From Promethearchaeota archaeon (GTDB taxonomy: Archaea > Asgardarchaeota > Odinarchaeia > Odinarchaeales > JBHLKK01), in the NCBI GenBank assembly GCA_048939465.1, contig JBHLPL010000004.1:10447-42446 (forward strand): a DNA stretch of 32,000 nucleotides, given 5' to 3'. The notes under the pieces were generated by a model. The model worked only from the letters and a program-made list of their open reading frames with translations. It had not been told where the DNA came from and searched no databases. This document shows positions 1 to 9,652 of this stretch, piece after piece (positions within the stretch are counted from its first letter, which is position 1; every line of letters starts with the position of its first letter). Position numbers and translations under genes: made by a program.

Positions 1-111
1 AAAGCCAGTATGATACGAGCAGACTATAGAGATTATGTAGAACAATACTAAGGCTAATACCGCTGTTGATCCCATAAAGACCTTAAAACGCCTTTTTGGA
101 TCGACCGTTAT
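1..111 (-). CDS. N-terminal fragment of a probable membrane protein (runs off the window start)
   Basis: Open frame ITVDPKRRFKVFMGSTAVLALVLFYIISIVCSYHTGF: basic patch followed by a hydrophobic helix. Preceded by a G8 SD-like run (121-114) and a TTTTTAAG TATA-like box near 146-153. Start uncertain (ATA 111, TTG 123 or ATG 75). Confidence 0.4.
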   Translation of the reverse strand, partial: MTVDPKRRFKVFMGSTAVLALVLFYIISIVCSYHTGF

Positions 112-258
112 GACCCCCCCCAAAAGAACTCTTGGAATTCGGACCTTAAAAAGTTGTCGAGCTAATTGGTTTTGCCCTTCGTGGCAATTATTACATTGAT
201 TCTTTTGATACCAACCATTTTCATGTCGATTTGACTCTTTCGTTTACTATTTGAGGAC

Positions 259-945
259 TCAGAAGAGAGTTTTCGGCTTGAAATCAAATCGCCGCATAAT
301 ATTTCTAATGGTCTTCCAGCTCTTTCTTACTTCCTCAGGAAAGCTCCTGTGTTTTTCATACCACTGGTTAAGAAACTTCTTAGTCCTTTCATCAGCGGGA
401 TATCCAGAGCCAAAATCACCATACTTATCTTGCAGGTTTTTGACTATTTGATCTCTTCGAACCTTCGCCAGGATTGAGGCAGCCGCCACGATCGGGTACT
501 TGGTCTCAGCATAATTCTCAGCCACGATTTGAGGTCTGAAGCTTAATCCTTCCCTGATTCTTCTTGTGTACTTGTCTGTGCTTACTTGTGGAGAATCGAC
601 GTAGACAATATCTGATCTTAGCTTTTCAATCAGCTCTGCCATTTTTCGGGCCTCAAGAAGATTCAACTCATTTTTCTCAACAGATTTGTCAATTTCTCTT
701 GGAGAGATCTCCAGCAAGATGTAGCTGTCCAGTGTTTCAGCGATTTGGCTGGAAAGCGCAACTCTCCTCTTTGGAGTCAGCGATTTTGAATCCTTCACTC
801 CTATGTCGAGCAGTTGCCCAGTTTTCCTCTCCTGTATTAGGGCCCCGCACATTATCATTGGTCCGATTACAGGACCTCTTCCAGCTTCATCTATCCCGAG
901 AACCTTTCTTTTCTTGCCGTAATCCTTTGAATGCGATTTACTCAT
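259..945 (-). CDS. rnhB: Ribonuclease HII
   Basis: Motifs VLGIDEAGRGPVIGPM, GVKDSK, VYVDS, YPIVAAASILAKVRRD, FGSGYPAD. Confidence 0.97.
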   Translation of the reverse strand: MSKSHSKDYGKKRKVLGIDEAGRGPVIGPMIMCGALIQERKTGQLLDIGVKDSKSLTPKRRVALSSQIAETLDSYILLEISPREIDKSVEKNELNLLEARKMAELIEKLRSDIVYVDSPQVSTDKYTRRIREGLSFRPQIVAENYAETKYPIVAAASILAKVRRDQIVKNLQDKYGDFGSGYPADERTKKFLNQWYEKHRSFPEEVRKSWKTIRNIMRRFDFKPKTLF

Positions 946-1050
946 AATGAACCAACCACTCCACGAGTATTTGGGTCACCAGAGACTAAAATAAGTTTTG
1001 AAAATCAGGGTAGAGTTTAGCGAAAAATAGAGAATATTGGATACAGAAAC

Positions 1051-2205
1051 TCAGATATGGCTTTTAGGTATGAGTTCATTGTCTGTGTCTGCAAAACGGT
1101 TCTTGGCGATTTCTCTTTTCTTCGTAGCTTGTTTGATGAGGTTTTCCAGTCCTTCAGCTGCTTCCGCCTGTGACTTGAGTTCGATGTATCCTTTCTTTAC
1201 AGCTTCGTCAAACAATTGTTTGCCAAAAGGCGTTCTTGAAATTACAAAACACCAGCCGTCTGGAGCGCCTTGAGAACCCACGTTTATATCTGCCAGTTCG
1301 CCTGTAAGATCGGTGCATTCTTTGCATGCCTCCAGAGAATGTTCCTTGACCTCCTTGAGTTTCGCTGCTATGACCTCTTTGCTGCCCTGATAGGCATAGA
1401 AGACTCCTTTCTTAATGTCGAATTTTGTAATGCTCTTCATGTCAAACCCTTTTGATTCTACGAAGAGCTTTATTCCATCGTAATGGAAATTATCCCAGCA
1501 GAAAACGCTAATGAAGAACTTGACAATCTCCGTGATCTTCAGGGTTCCGTGCTCGGAATACTGCATCTTTCTTAGTGATTCTGCTTGACAGGGAGTTCCC
1601 ACAATAGCAAGACTTCGCAAGTGAGAGGGGCCCGGAATATACTCATCGTATTCTTGGTATGCATATCCTAGCAGGGAATTATTGGGGGAAACCGTATATT
1701 TTGAGCCTGCTGCATTTAAGATAGCATCTTGAGATTGGGCCAGCATGGGGACGGGTTTCCAGGGAGTCTCAGGATCGGTGCCGGTCACAATTGCGGCCTT
1801 GATGTATTTCTTGTCCATGGCGTACGTAAGGAGAGCCGTAACTACACCTCCATCCTGACAGCCCCTTCTAATTGGCCTGGCTTTTGCTCTCGCTATGGCG
1901 TAGGACTGGTATATTCCAATTGGTTCGTCTTCATTTCTTGTACGGCCGAAAAGGTCCGTTTCTGCAAGTTTGAAATCTAGGCCGAATCTGGGACAATGGG
2001 TAACACACATACCACATTGCTCACACCTTGAAACCGGGACTGGCTTTTCATCTCTATAACCTATGGCAGCTATCGGACACGAGGAGATACAGCCGCCACA
2101 AAACATACATCGGTCTTTCTTAATTATGTTTACCAGAAGGTCTCCAAACTTGTATTTGAAGGAATCTTTCCTTGCCATTCTTACTTCCGGAGCTGCTTCA
2201 GTCAT
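1051..2205 (-). CDS. Coenzyme F420 hydrogenase/dehydrogenase beta-subunit family protein (FrhB/FpoF-like) with N-terminal 2x[4Fe-4S]
   Basis: Ferredoxin motifs CMFCGGCISSCP and CEQCGMCVTHCP; FrhB motifs QDGGVVTALL, GSKY, VGTPCQ, CKECTD, ADINVGS, GWCFVISRT. Confidence 0.92.
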   Translation of the reverse strand: MTEAAPEVRMARKDSFKYKFGDLLVNIIKKDRCMFCGGCISSCPIAAIGYRDEKPVPVSRCEQCGMCVTHCPRFGLDFKLAETDLFGRTRNEDEPIGIYQSYAIARAKARPIRRGCQDGGVVTALLTYAMDKKYIKAAIVTGTDPETPWKPVPMLAQSQDAILNAAGSKYTVSPNNSLLGYAYQEYDEYIPGPSHLRSLAIVGTPCQAESLRKMQYSEHGTLKITEIVKFFISVFCWDNFHYDGIKLFVESKGFDMKSITKFDIKKGVFYAYQGSKEVIAAKLKEVKEHSLEACKECTDLTGELADINVGSQGAPDGWCFVISRTPFGKQLFDEAVKKGYIELKSQAEAAEGLENLIKQATKKREIAKNRFADTDNELIPKSHI

Positions 2206-2329
2206 TTTTCACACCAGAGCTAATTGATAGTTTTTCAAATTTAAAGCTTTGGCGAATACCTGCTGTCAACTCTTGCGCGGTATTCAGAAGAAGTATGCTT
2301 TAAATCTTGCTATTTAAATCTTTACGAAA

Positions 2330-2518
2330 TCAGGCATTCAATAAAAGGAGGGGAGAAGACTCGCTCTTCTGAGTGAGTCTTGAAACGTGCTTGACAATTA
2401 CCGGGGAGGGGGCACACTCTTTTCTAAGCGCACATGCCACACAAACGTCGCATAAACCCTCTAGGCAGAAATCTATAGGTACTCTATCGCATGGATATAG
2501 GTTTATATCGGTGACCAT
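2330..2518 (-). CDS. Small Cys-rich hypothetical protein (62 aa), possible Fe-S/Zn binder
   Basis: ATG preceded by GGTGA SD (6-nt spacer) and a TTTATTAA TATA-like box near 2555-2562; six Cys spaced C-x7-C-x4-C-x2-C-x2-C-x5-C. Confidence 0.55.
   Translation of the reverse strand: MVTDINLYPCDRVPIDFCLEGLCDVCVACALRKECAPSPVIVKHVSRLTQKSESSPLLLLNA
2356..2381. other. 11-bp stem-loop
   Basis: AAGACTCGCTC-TTCT-GAGTGAGTCTT (one G-T pair on the plus strand). On the minus strand it is followed by a pyrimidine/T run. Confidence 0.6.
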
Positions 2519-2661
2519 ATTTTTTCACCATAAAATAATATGCAAAAACGAATTAATAAACGTTATCCGAGAATACATACTATGAAAAGTGGTAAACTCT
2601 ATCTCGCAGAGAAGAATCTTTTAGAGGCAAGAAACGGATCGAAGTCACTCGCCTCAATCCT

Positions 2662-2695
2662 AAAAAAAAGAACTCGCAGAAGAAAAAGGGGGGAA
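2662..2695 (-). terminator. Probable oligo-T terminator downstream of tfb
   Basis: T5 and T8 runs on the minus strand just after the tfb stop; typical of archaeal intrinsic termination. Confidence 0.45.
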
Positions 2696-3628
2696 CTAAA
2701 GCGGAACATCTAGGTTCAGTTTTTCTACTAGTTCTTTATAGCGGTTTCTCACAGTCACTTCAGTCACTTTGGTCACCTCGGCAACATCACGTTGTGTCCT
2801 TCTTTCATTCGAGATGACACTGGCGATATATAATGCCGCTGCAGCAACGCCTGTTGGACCACGTCCAGAAGTTAATCCATTCTCACTGGCAAGTTTCAGA
2901 ATTTCAATTGCTTTTGACTGGACTTCTCCTGTAAGGTTCAGCTCACTCGCAAAACGCGGAATATAATAGGTTGGATTGGTGGGTGGAACAGCAATCCTCA
3001 GTTCCCGTGCTATGAAGCGGTATCCACGACCAACATCTTTCTTGCTAACATGTGATACCTCTGCTATTTCATCCAGAGTCCGAGGGACTTTGCATTGTCT
3101 GCATGCAGCGTAAAGAGCTGCAGCAGTAACTCCCTCTATCGACCTTCCTCGAATAAGTTTCTGTTCGACCGCTTGCCTGTAGAGCATGGCAGCAGCTTCT
3201 CTTACATTTCTGGAAAGTCCCAAGTGAGATGCCATCCGATCGAGCTCTGAAAGCGCGAAAGCGAGATTCCTCTCCGTAGCGTCAGATATACGTATACGAC
3301 GCTGCCACTTCCTCAGTCGGTATATTTGCGCTCTCTTTTTGGGGCTTATATCCTTGCCGTAACTATCCCGATTCCGCCAGTCAATCATCGTACTCAGTCC
3401 CTTGTCATGGATAGTATACGTCATTGGAGCCCCAACTCTCGCTCTCTTTTCCTTTTGCTCGCTGTCGAAAGCTCTCCATTCAGGGCCATTATCAATGATT
3501 CTGGAACGTATAACAACGCCGCAATTGATACAAATTATCTCCGCACGTGCATAGTCCCTAACAAGTTTTGTATTTCCGCATTCAGGACAGGTGGTAATCA
3601 CGTGTCCCTCACAATCCGGTTCTGTCAA
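2696..3628 (-). CDS. tfb: Transcription initiation factor IIB (TFB)
   Basis: Zn ribbon CPECG...CINCG, B-reader [17 protein letters not shown], two cyclin repeats, [21 protein letters not shown]. Confidence 0.99.
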   Translation of the reverse strand: MTEPDCEGHVITTCPECGNTKLVRDYARAEIICINCGVVIRSRIIDNGPEWRAFDSEQKEKRARVGAPMTYTIHDKGLSTMIDWRNRDSYGKDISPKKRAQIYRLRKWQRRIRISDATERNLAFALSELDRMASHLGLSRNVREAAAMLYRQAVEQKLIRGRSIEGVTAAALYAACRQCKVPRTLDEIAEVSHVSKKDVGRGYRFIARELRIAVPPTNPTYYIPRFASELNLTGEVQSKAIEILKLASENGLTSGRGPTGVAAAALYIASVISNERRTQRDVAEVTKVTEVTVRNRYKELVEKLNLDVPL

Positions 3629-3900
3629 AACTTCTTCCTCCTCCGGGGTCTTCTCCTATTGTTTTTTTCCTTATTCTTAAGATACAATACCGCCCCAACT
3701 AGATTCTTAGCGTCTTCTGCTGGGATAGAGGGGGTAATTGAGATATAGGGCTTCTTAACAGGGCCAAAAACATCAGAAATCGTACCAGCCTTTCGTTCAT
3801 TTTCTGTTAGAACCAAGGCATTAAGCGGGGGCGTAAAATCAGATTGTATTATAAGCTTTCCCATCGAAGAAACATGTGTCACCAACCCCAGCCATTTCAA
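3625..3900 (-). CDS. gar1: H/ACA RNP component Gar1/Naf1
   Basis: LGxVx[18 protein letters not shown] and basic tail; located upstream of tfb as is common in archaea. Start placed at TTG 3900 after GGAGGGGAG SD (ORF track extends to 3927). Confidence 0.9.
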   Translation of the reverse strand: MKWLGLVTHVSSMGKLIIQSDFTPPLNALVLTENERKAGTISDVFGPVKKPYISITPSIPAEDAKNLVGAVLYLKNKEKNNRRRPRRRKKF

Positions 3901-4046
3901 GCGCTCCCCTCCGGACGGTCGGGCCACTTTCTAAAGCTCTCCAAGGATGCCTTATAAATTTTTTGGTTTTAGGCTGATTTAATTTATAGTATAATTCTTA
4001 GATTGATATTAGAACTCGATATTTAATAAAACCACCTTGAAGATGT

Positions 4047-4343
4047 TTATTTTGTTCTCAATTTCCTGAGACTAGTGGAAAATTGTTTCAACAAACTTTT
4101 CTTTTCTGTTGAACCCTTTATGATAATTCTTCCCTCTTTTCTCCACCAGAATCTAGGATAGGCAGCTTCAGGTTCTGTTTCGTATTCAACCTTCAGAGCC
4201 TCTGCCGCTTTAATCAACTCTTCCAGTTTCGGAGCTTCTATAGCTTCTTTTAGAGGCGCCCGGCGTCCGCTCCTTCTTGAAAACCTTGAATCAAAATACA
4301 CAGGCCACAGGATTGAAACGCCTCTTTTTTTCAAGCTTGACAC
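4047..4343 (-). CDS. srp19: Signal recognition particle protein SRP19
   Basis: ILWPVYFDSRFSRRSGRRAP, AAYPRFWW, GRIII motifs. Confidence 0.96.
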   Translation of the reverse strand: MSSLKKRGVSILWPVYFDSRFSRRSGRRAPLKEAIEAPKLEELIKAAEALKVEYETEPEAAYPRFWWRKEGRIIIKGSTEKKSLLKQFSTSLRKLRTK

Positions 4344-4453
4344 GCCCTCCTGATCCTAGACAAGAAATCTGTAAATACAAGTATTTGTATCGGGTTTGAC
4401 ATAAAACGGCCAGTGATGGTTGTTGCGAAAGGCTCTCTGGGCGACGCTTGGGC

Positions 4454-4837
4454 CTATTCCGTAATTAAGACGGCGTTGATTATTCCATGCTGTCCAGGGC
4501 GACTTGTGACCTTTGCCTTCCCGATATCAGTGTTTATGGTTGCACCTTTTGTTATTACACCTCGTCTCTGATAGTCAACTGTCGCAGGATTAGAAATTAC
4601 GTTGATTATTCTCACCTTCTGGGTTTTTCCGTCCTCAGGATCTGTTATGTTTGCGTACTGGCCTCGGAGAAGCTTCATTTTTATGTTTCCACCCCTTGAA
4701 CGAACCTTCTTCCTTTTACTCTCCCCAGGTAGCGTTTCGGCAGATTCTCTGCCTAATTCAAACAGTCTTTTCTTACGATGCGGCCGCAGTCTGGCCCCAG
4801 ACGCCTTACGTGTTGAACGGCCTTGCCACCTTCCCAT
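4454..4837 (-). CDS. rps8e: 30S ribosomal protein S8e (eS8)
   Basis: [48 protein letters not shown]. Confidence 0.99.
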   Translation of the reverse strand: MGRWQGRSTRKASGARLRPHRKKRLFELGRESAETLPGESKRKKVRSRGGNIKMKLLRGQYANITDPEDGKTQKVRIINVISNPATVDYQRRGVITKGATINTDIGKAKVTSRPGQHGIINAVLITE

Positions 4838-5025
4838 AGGTTTTCACTTCAACACTCAATTTACGCTAAGACTATTCAAATGCAGTTAAAAACCTTTTTG
4901 TATCATTTCTATCGAACTTTCTTTTTGTACTAATTATCCAGATTTTCACCACCCCAGATGGCTGGCCATAGATAGGAATAATGATCATAGAGTCGAATGC
5001 TGTAATATGTTCTGAAGAGGTGATC

Positions 5026-5469
5026 ATGCTGCCAGGAGTAAAACTTAAATATCGCAAAAAATTAAGTTTTATAATAGATAAGCTCAATCGAGGTCAAGGA
5101 ACTTCAGAGTTGACAGTTATGAGGCTGGGAAAGTGGGAAAGAGCGATAATGCAAAAAATCTTTGATCATGAACTGGAATCGTATTACAGAAATCAGTATA
5201 ACGAAATCCTTCACTTGTTTCCAAAAACAATTAAAAACAGAAGGATCATTTGCAGTCAAGCGATAAATCGCCTTATTGAAAAGAAAATGGTGGAAAAGAC
5301 GTGGACAATCGAAAATGTCTACAAAACGTATCGTTACGGCTTGACTACCCTTATAGTCAGCAATGGCAGAAAACCAGATCTATTTCTCAGTTTCAAGCTT
5401 ACAGATAAGGGACGGGAAATCACCAAGCATTTTGCAGCTGGAAGTCAAGAGTACGCCTTTCAGGACTGA
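5026..5469 (+). CDS. Hypothetical protein with a probable winged helix-turn-helix
   Basis: SQAINRLIEKKMVEK recognition helix/wing and FKLTDKGREI (MarR-type wing end). Start placed at ATG 5026 after GAGGTGA (ORF track: 4981). Confidence 0.6.
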   Translation: MLPGVKLKYRKKLSFIIDKLNRGQGTSELTVMRLGKWERAIMQKIFDHELESYYRNQYNEILHLFPKTIKNRRIICSQAINRLIEKKMVEKTWTIENVYKTYRYGLTTLIVSNGRKPDLFLSFKLTDKGREITKHFAAGSQEYAFQD

Positions 5470-5810
5470 TTGCATACCATAGAATATATCTCCCTCAACA
5501 AGACATCGACCTCAATCCAAATTCTTTGAGTTGCTTGAGATCAAATCACCCAAACAACGTTTGAGGGGTATTAATTTCCAAACCAATCTTCTCAATCGAC
5601 TTTCATGGTTAGAACCCTTCAAATAAGAAACCTTTTATGTTTGTGTTTTTTAGCTTCGTAATGGAATAGTCAATCGAGAGATTCCTCTACCTCAGTATCT
5701 TATTGAGGGAATATCTAAGTAAGATATCATTTAATAGGTACGTCAACAAAAAGTTTAATCAGCAGAGTCTAACCAAGGAATCGTACTATGAATGCGGGAG
5801 TGAAGCCCTC

Positions 5811-8800
5811 TTGGTCTTCATCAAGAAAATTGAAATGAAGGGGTTTAAGTCCTTTGGGAATCAAAAACTGATATCGCATTTTCCTAGGGGATTCACCGCC
5901 GTAGTCGGTCCAAACGGGAGTGGAAAGAGCAACATTTTGGATGCCTTTTGCTTTGTCTTAGGACACTTGAGCGCCAAAACAATGAGAGCCGGATCCTTCT
6001 CAGATTTGATATACTCGGGCGGGGATTCATCGCCTTCTGCCAAATATGCCCGTGTAACGCTCTACCTCGATAATTCAGATGGGGGGATCCCTATCGATTC
6101 ATCTTCAGTTGTGGTTGCCAGGGTAATAGATCAGGAGGGTCGGGGCGCTTACTGGCTAAATGGTAAGCGAGTGACAAGAAATCAAATCATCGATCTACTT
6201 GGGATGGCAGGCATTTCTCCCAACGGTTATAATATTGTTCTTCAGGGGCAACTGGCCCAGTTCATCCAAATGAGTCCAGTAGATCGAAGAATATTAATTG
6301 AACAAGTTGCAGGTATTGCAACATATGATGAAAAGAAGGAGAAAGCATTAGGCCAGCTAAAGCTAGCAGAGCAGAACCTTTCTAAAATCGAACTTCTGAT
6401 CAGAGAAGTTATGAGCGAACTGGAAAGGCTGGAAAAAGAGAAGAATGATGCAGTAAGGTGGCAAGAGCTTTCAAAAGAGATCAAGAAGTCTGAAGCCTTA
6501 GTTGTGTTTAACGAACTGCAAAATACAGAACAAGAGCTATCCGGAAATCAAATACTGATCGACGAGAAGAAGAAAAGACTTGATAGACTGGAGAAGGATG
6601 GTACTCAGCTCAGCCTAGAAGTGAGTAAGAAAAGAGAAAGATTAGAGGAAATCGATGCGGAAATTAGAACAAAACAAGAGGATGAGCTTGAGAAAGTGCG
6701 AGCTGAGATAAACGAGCTAAATCGCTTGGTATCTCAGATGGAAGCCGACTTCAGATACTTGAACAACCGATATGAAGAGGGTAAAGAAAACCTACAGAAA
6801 CTCGATCATGAGAGTAAAGAGATTGAGGATCTGATTCAAAGACTGCATAATGAGATTCAGAAATTAAAGGAGCAAAAGACCGCGATTCAGTCCAAGATTG
6901 CACAAAAGGATGAACTTACTTCCGAAATAACCCAGCACATATCCCAGAGAGATACAACATACAGCGCGAGCATAGTCAAACTCAGGAACATCCGAAAGCA
7001 ATTGGACTTGAAGAGAGGCGAGCTTGCAGATATCTCGACCCAAAAGAGCGTCATCGAAAAAGAGTTGTCCTACCTTTATGAAGATCGAAAAAGTCTAGAA
7101 TCGATACACTCAGAGAGAAGCAAGAGAGTGGAAGAAACCATAAAAAGAAAAGAAACTCTTGAGGCTGAACTTAATCAAGTCAGATCTGAGATAGAATCCC
7201 TCGAAAAGCAGAAGCGGGAGGCAGATGAAGAGACACGATTAACGGTAAAACAGCTTAGGACGACTGAGGAATTGGTAAGGAACGCGAGAGAAGAAATCAT
7301 AAAACTAAAGGTACGCATAAACTCAATCAGAGAGGCGCGAGCACGCTTTCTCAGAAGCAGACCGGCTGTGCATGAAGTGCTTGAACTACGCGATAACAAC
7401 GTTGTTGAAGGGATATTTGGAACTATAGCCGAGCTAGGCGTTGTTAGTTCTGAGTACGCAACCGCTTTGGAGGTCGCAGCTGGAGCTAGACTAAGCTATG
7501 TAGTTGTCAGGGACGACGATGTCGCTGCAAAATGCATAAACTATCTCAAACAGAAAAAGCTAGGCCAGGCTTCTTTCTTGCCTTTGAATAGATTAATTCT
7601 GCAGACACCCAAAGAACAGATCAGGGGTAAGGGTGTAGTAGCCCCTGCAATAGAGCTAATACGGTTTGAGGGGCAGTATAAGCCAGCTTTTGATTATGTT
7701 TTTGGGAGAACACTAATAGTAGACGATCTGAATACAGCCCGTTTCTTGAAAGCCGGCTCCAATCTTAGAAAAGTCACAGTCGATGGGGACGTCGTCGAGC
7801 CTAGTGGGCTAATGACGGGTGGCCATTACATCAAACCAGTCAAAATTACGCAGGAAGACGAAGAGACTCTGCCTAAGGTAGAGGAACAACTAAATGGCCT
7901 AATAAAGACCCAACTGGATCTTAGAGACAAACGAGATGGCTTAATCGCCAGCATTGACAAAGTGCAAAATGAATTACTTCAAAAGAGAGAGAAGCAGAGC
8001 GAGATTACCGCAAAATTGGAGAGCATAAACCTTCAAGTTCTGGAAGAAGAAAAGTCTCTTAACGAAATTCTTCCAAAGATGAGCGAAACTCAGGATATAG
8101 TGGACGAGAAGAAAACGAGTCTTCAGACTTTGGAAAATCAAAGTGCCAAGGTTGAAAAAGAAACACAAGAGTTATCAAGACTAAGCGAAGAGCTAAGCGA
8201 AATCGTTGAACGTTCTACTGTCGCTGAACTCAATGAGAAGATCAAAGCCCTTGAGAAGGAGCGTGAACAACTTAAGGATTCTGCCGCGAATATTGATGTC
8301 GATTTGACTCAGAATCAAACTAGGTTAAACTATCATCTTCTTCCTCGAAAAGATGAGATTCTCTCAGTCATCTCTAAACTGGAAGAAATGCTTCCCGAGC
8401 TTGAGAAAGAGCTTCTAGCCAAAGAGACTGAATTAGATGAGCAGAGAGAGATATTTGGCAAATTTCACGAAGAAAAGGGAAGAATAGAGGGCTTAATAGG
8501 AAAGCTTCAAAAAGAAAAGCAAGAAATCTATCTCGGAATCCATGAGAAGACAAACAAACTCTCCGGCATGGAAAAGGAACTCATGGATCTGCGACTTGAA
8601 ATCAATAGTCTTGAAGTCAAGGGAGATAACTATCAAAACAGGCTAGTCGATCTTAAGTCAAAAGCGCAGGAATACATTTTGTTTAAACCTCCCGAGATCG
8701 TTGAGATAGACGTTCGGAAACTAGGGGAAAGAGTTAGGGAACTTCAGGAGGAGAAGATGGCGCTTGAACCAATCAATCAGAAAGCGATACTCAGATACCC

Positions 8801-9374
8801 AACAGTCAAAGAGCGTTATGATGAGCTCTCGGAAAAACAGAATAGACTTCTGATAGAAAAAAATTCAATAGTTGAGTTTATGGATGAAATCGAGAGGGAA
8901 AAGACGAAAGTCTTCATGTCAACCTTTAACGAGATCAATCGTAATTTCAATAGAATATTCGGTCAGCTTTCTCCCGGTGGAGAGTCACGTCTGGTTTTGG
9001 AGAACGAGATGCATCCTTTCATGGGAGGCATTCGGATAAAAGCAAATCCCGGAGGAAAGAAAGTACTCTATCTTGAGGCCATGTCTGGGGGGGAGAAGGC
9101 ACTCACTTCTCTTGCGTTAATCTTTGCCATACAAAGGTGTCAACCAGCACCTTTCTATATATTTGACGAGGTTGATGCTTCTCTGGACTTGGCAAACGTC
9201 AAACGGGTTGCTGAATTGATAAAGGAGTTCTCCAAAGACTCACAGTTTATAGTAATATCGCTGCAAGACGTAATGATGGCTAGGGCAGATTCTCTATTAG
9301 GACTCGTTAGAAAGAGAGATCATTCAACCATCGTTTCGGCAAAACTGGAGCAGGGCGCAAGATACATTGAGTGA
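5811..9374 (+). CDS. smc: Chromosome segregation protein SMC
   Basis: Walker A GPNGSGKSN, Q-loop VLQG, hinge (GIFGTIAELG, VTVDGDVVEPSGLMTGG), signature MSGGEK, Walker B FYIFDEVD, long coiled coils. Start placed at TTG 5811 after GGGAGTGA SD (ORF track: 5703). Confidence 0.99.
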   Translation: MVFIKKIEMKGFKSFGNQKLISHFPRGFTAVVGPNGSGKSNILDAFCFVLGHLSAKTMRAGSFSDLIYSGGDSSPSAKYARVTLYLDNSDGGIPIDSSSVVVARVIDQEGRGAYWLNGKRVTRNQIIDLLGMAGISPNGYNIVLQGQLAQFIQMSPVDRRILIEQVAGIATYDEKKEKALGQLKLAEQNLSKIELLIREVMSELERLEKEKNDAVRWQELSKEIKKSEALVVFNELQNTEQELSGNQILIDEKKKRLDRLEKDGTQLSLEVSKKRERLEEIDAEIRTKQEDELEKVRAEINELNRLVSQMEADFRYLNNRYEEGKENLQKLDHESKEIEDLIQRLHNEIQKLKEQKTAIQSKIAQKDELTSEITQHISQRDTTYSASIVKLRNIRKQLDLKRGELADISTQKSVIEKELSYLYEDRKSLESIHSERSKRVEETIKRKETLEAELNQVRSEIESLEKQKREADEETRLTVKQLRTTEELVRNAREEIIKLKVRINSIREARARFLRSRPAVHEVLELRDNNVVEGIFGTIAELGVVSSEYATALEVAAGARLSYVVVRDDDVAAKCINYLKQKKLGQASFLPLNRLILQTPKEQIRGKGVVAPAIELIRFEGQYKPAFDYVFGRTLIVDDLNTARFLKAGSNLRKVTVDGDVVEPSGLMTGGHYIKPVKITQEDEETLPKVEEQLNGLIKTQLDLRDKRDGLIASIDKVQNELLQKREKQSEITAKLESINLQVLEEEKSLNEILPKMSETQDIVDEKKTSLQTLENQSAKVEKETQELSRLSEELSEIVERSTVAELNEKIKALEKEREQLKDSAANIDVDLTQNQTRLNYHLLPRKDEILSVISKLEEMLPELEKELLAKETELDEQREIFGKFHEEKGRIEGLIGKLQKEKQEIYLGIHEKTNKLSGMEKELMDLRLEINSLEVKGDNYQNRLVDLKSKAQEYILFKPPEIVEIDVRKLGERVRELQEEKMALEPINQKAILRYPTVKERYDELSEKQNRLLIEKNSIVEFMDEIEREKTKVFMSTFNEINRNFNRIFGQLSPGGESRLVLENEMHPFMGGIRIKANPGGKKVLYLEAMSGGEKALTSLALIFAIQRCQPAPFYIFDEVDASLDLANVKRVAELIKEFSKDSQFIVISLQDVMMARADSLLGLVRKRDHSTIVSAKLEQGARYIE

Positions 9375-9396
9375 AATGCCCTGAGGAAAGGAGCTT

Positions 9397-9651
9397 ATGA
9401 CCATGCTTGACCTCAATTCGTTCTCAGGCTTTAATTCAACCAAATGTCAAATAGGGGGAGGCATTTCAACGCCCCAGCCCTGTGATCCCCGTATTGTGTC
9501 TGCCTGCACAGTACATCTTACTCATCCCTCTCACAGGTCTTTGACTGCTTTCTCCCTTTCAGGGAATGCTTTCAGACCTATCGGCACGTATAGCACAAGC
9601 GTATCTAGGGATCCCTTGATCCCTCCATCCGTTCGTATGAAATCTCTTTGA
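9397..9651 (+). CDS. Doubtful 84-aa ORF between smc and scpA
   Basis: AGGAG SD at 9389-9393 and a stop 1 nt before the scpA start, but Ser/Pro-rich with no recognisable family. The region is also rich in hairpins. Confidence 0.3.
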   Translation: MTMLDLNSFSGFNSTKCQIGGGISTPQPCDPRIVSACTVHLTHPSHRSLTAFSLSGNAFRPIGTYSTSVSRDPLIPPSVRMKSL

Positions 9652-9652
9652 G

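Noticed and set aside
162-224. 20-aa minus-strand ORF MKMVGIKRINVIIATKGKTN after rnhB
   Set aside because: No SD, no recognisable family, too short to support.
4370-4390. Imperfect palindrome TGTAAATAC-AA-GTATTTGTA between rps8e and srp19
   Set aside because: AT-rich with two mismatches and a 2-nt loop; could be chance. No SRP RNA or box C/D pair could be identified in this gap.
5703-5810. N-terminal extension of SMC in the ORF track
   Set aside because: The SMC fold starts at VFIKKIEMKGFKSF, and a good SD precedes TTG 5811.
9240-9275. SMC H-loop lacks His (FIVISLQ)
   Set aside because: Leu at this position is common in archaeal and eukaryotic SMC proteins, so it does not indicate inactivation.
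9383-9390. GAGGAAAG resembling RNase P RNA conserved region I
   Set aside because: Not followed by UCC, and no matching CR-V sequence downstream; better explained as an SD-like sequence.
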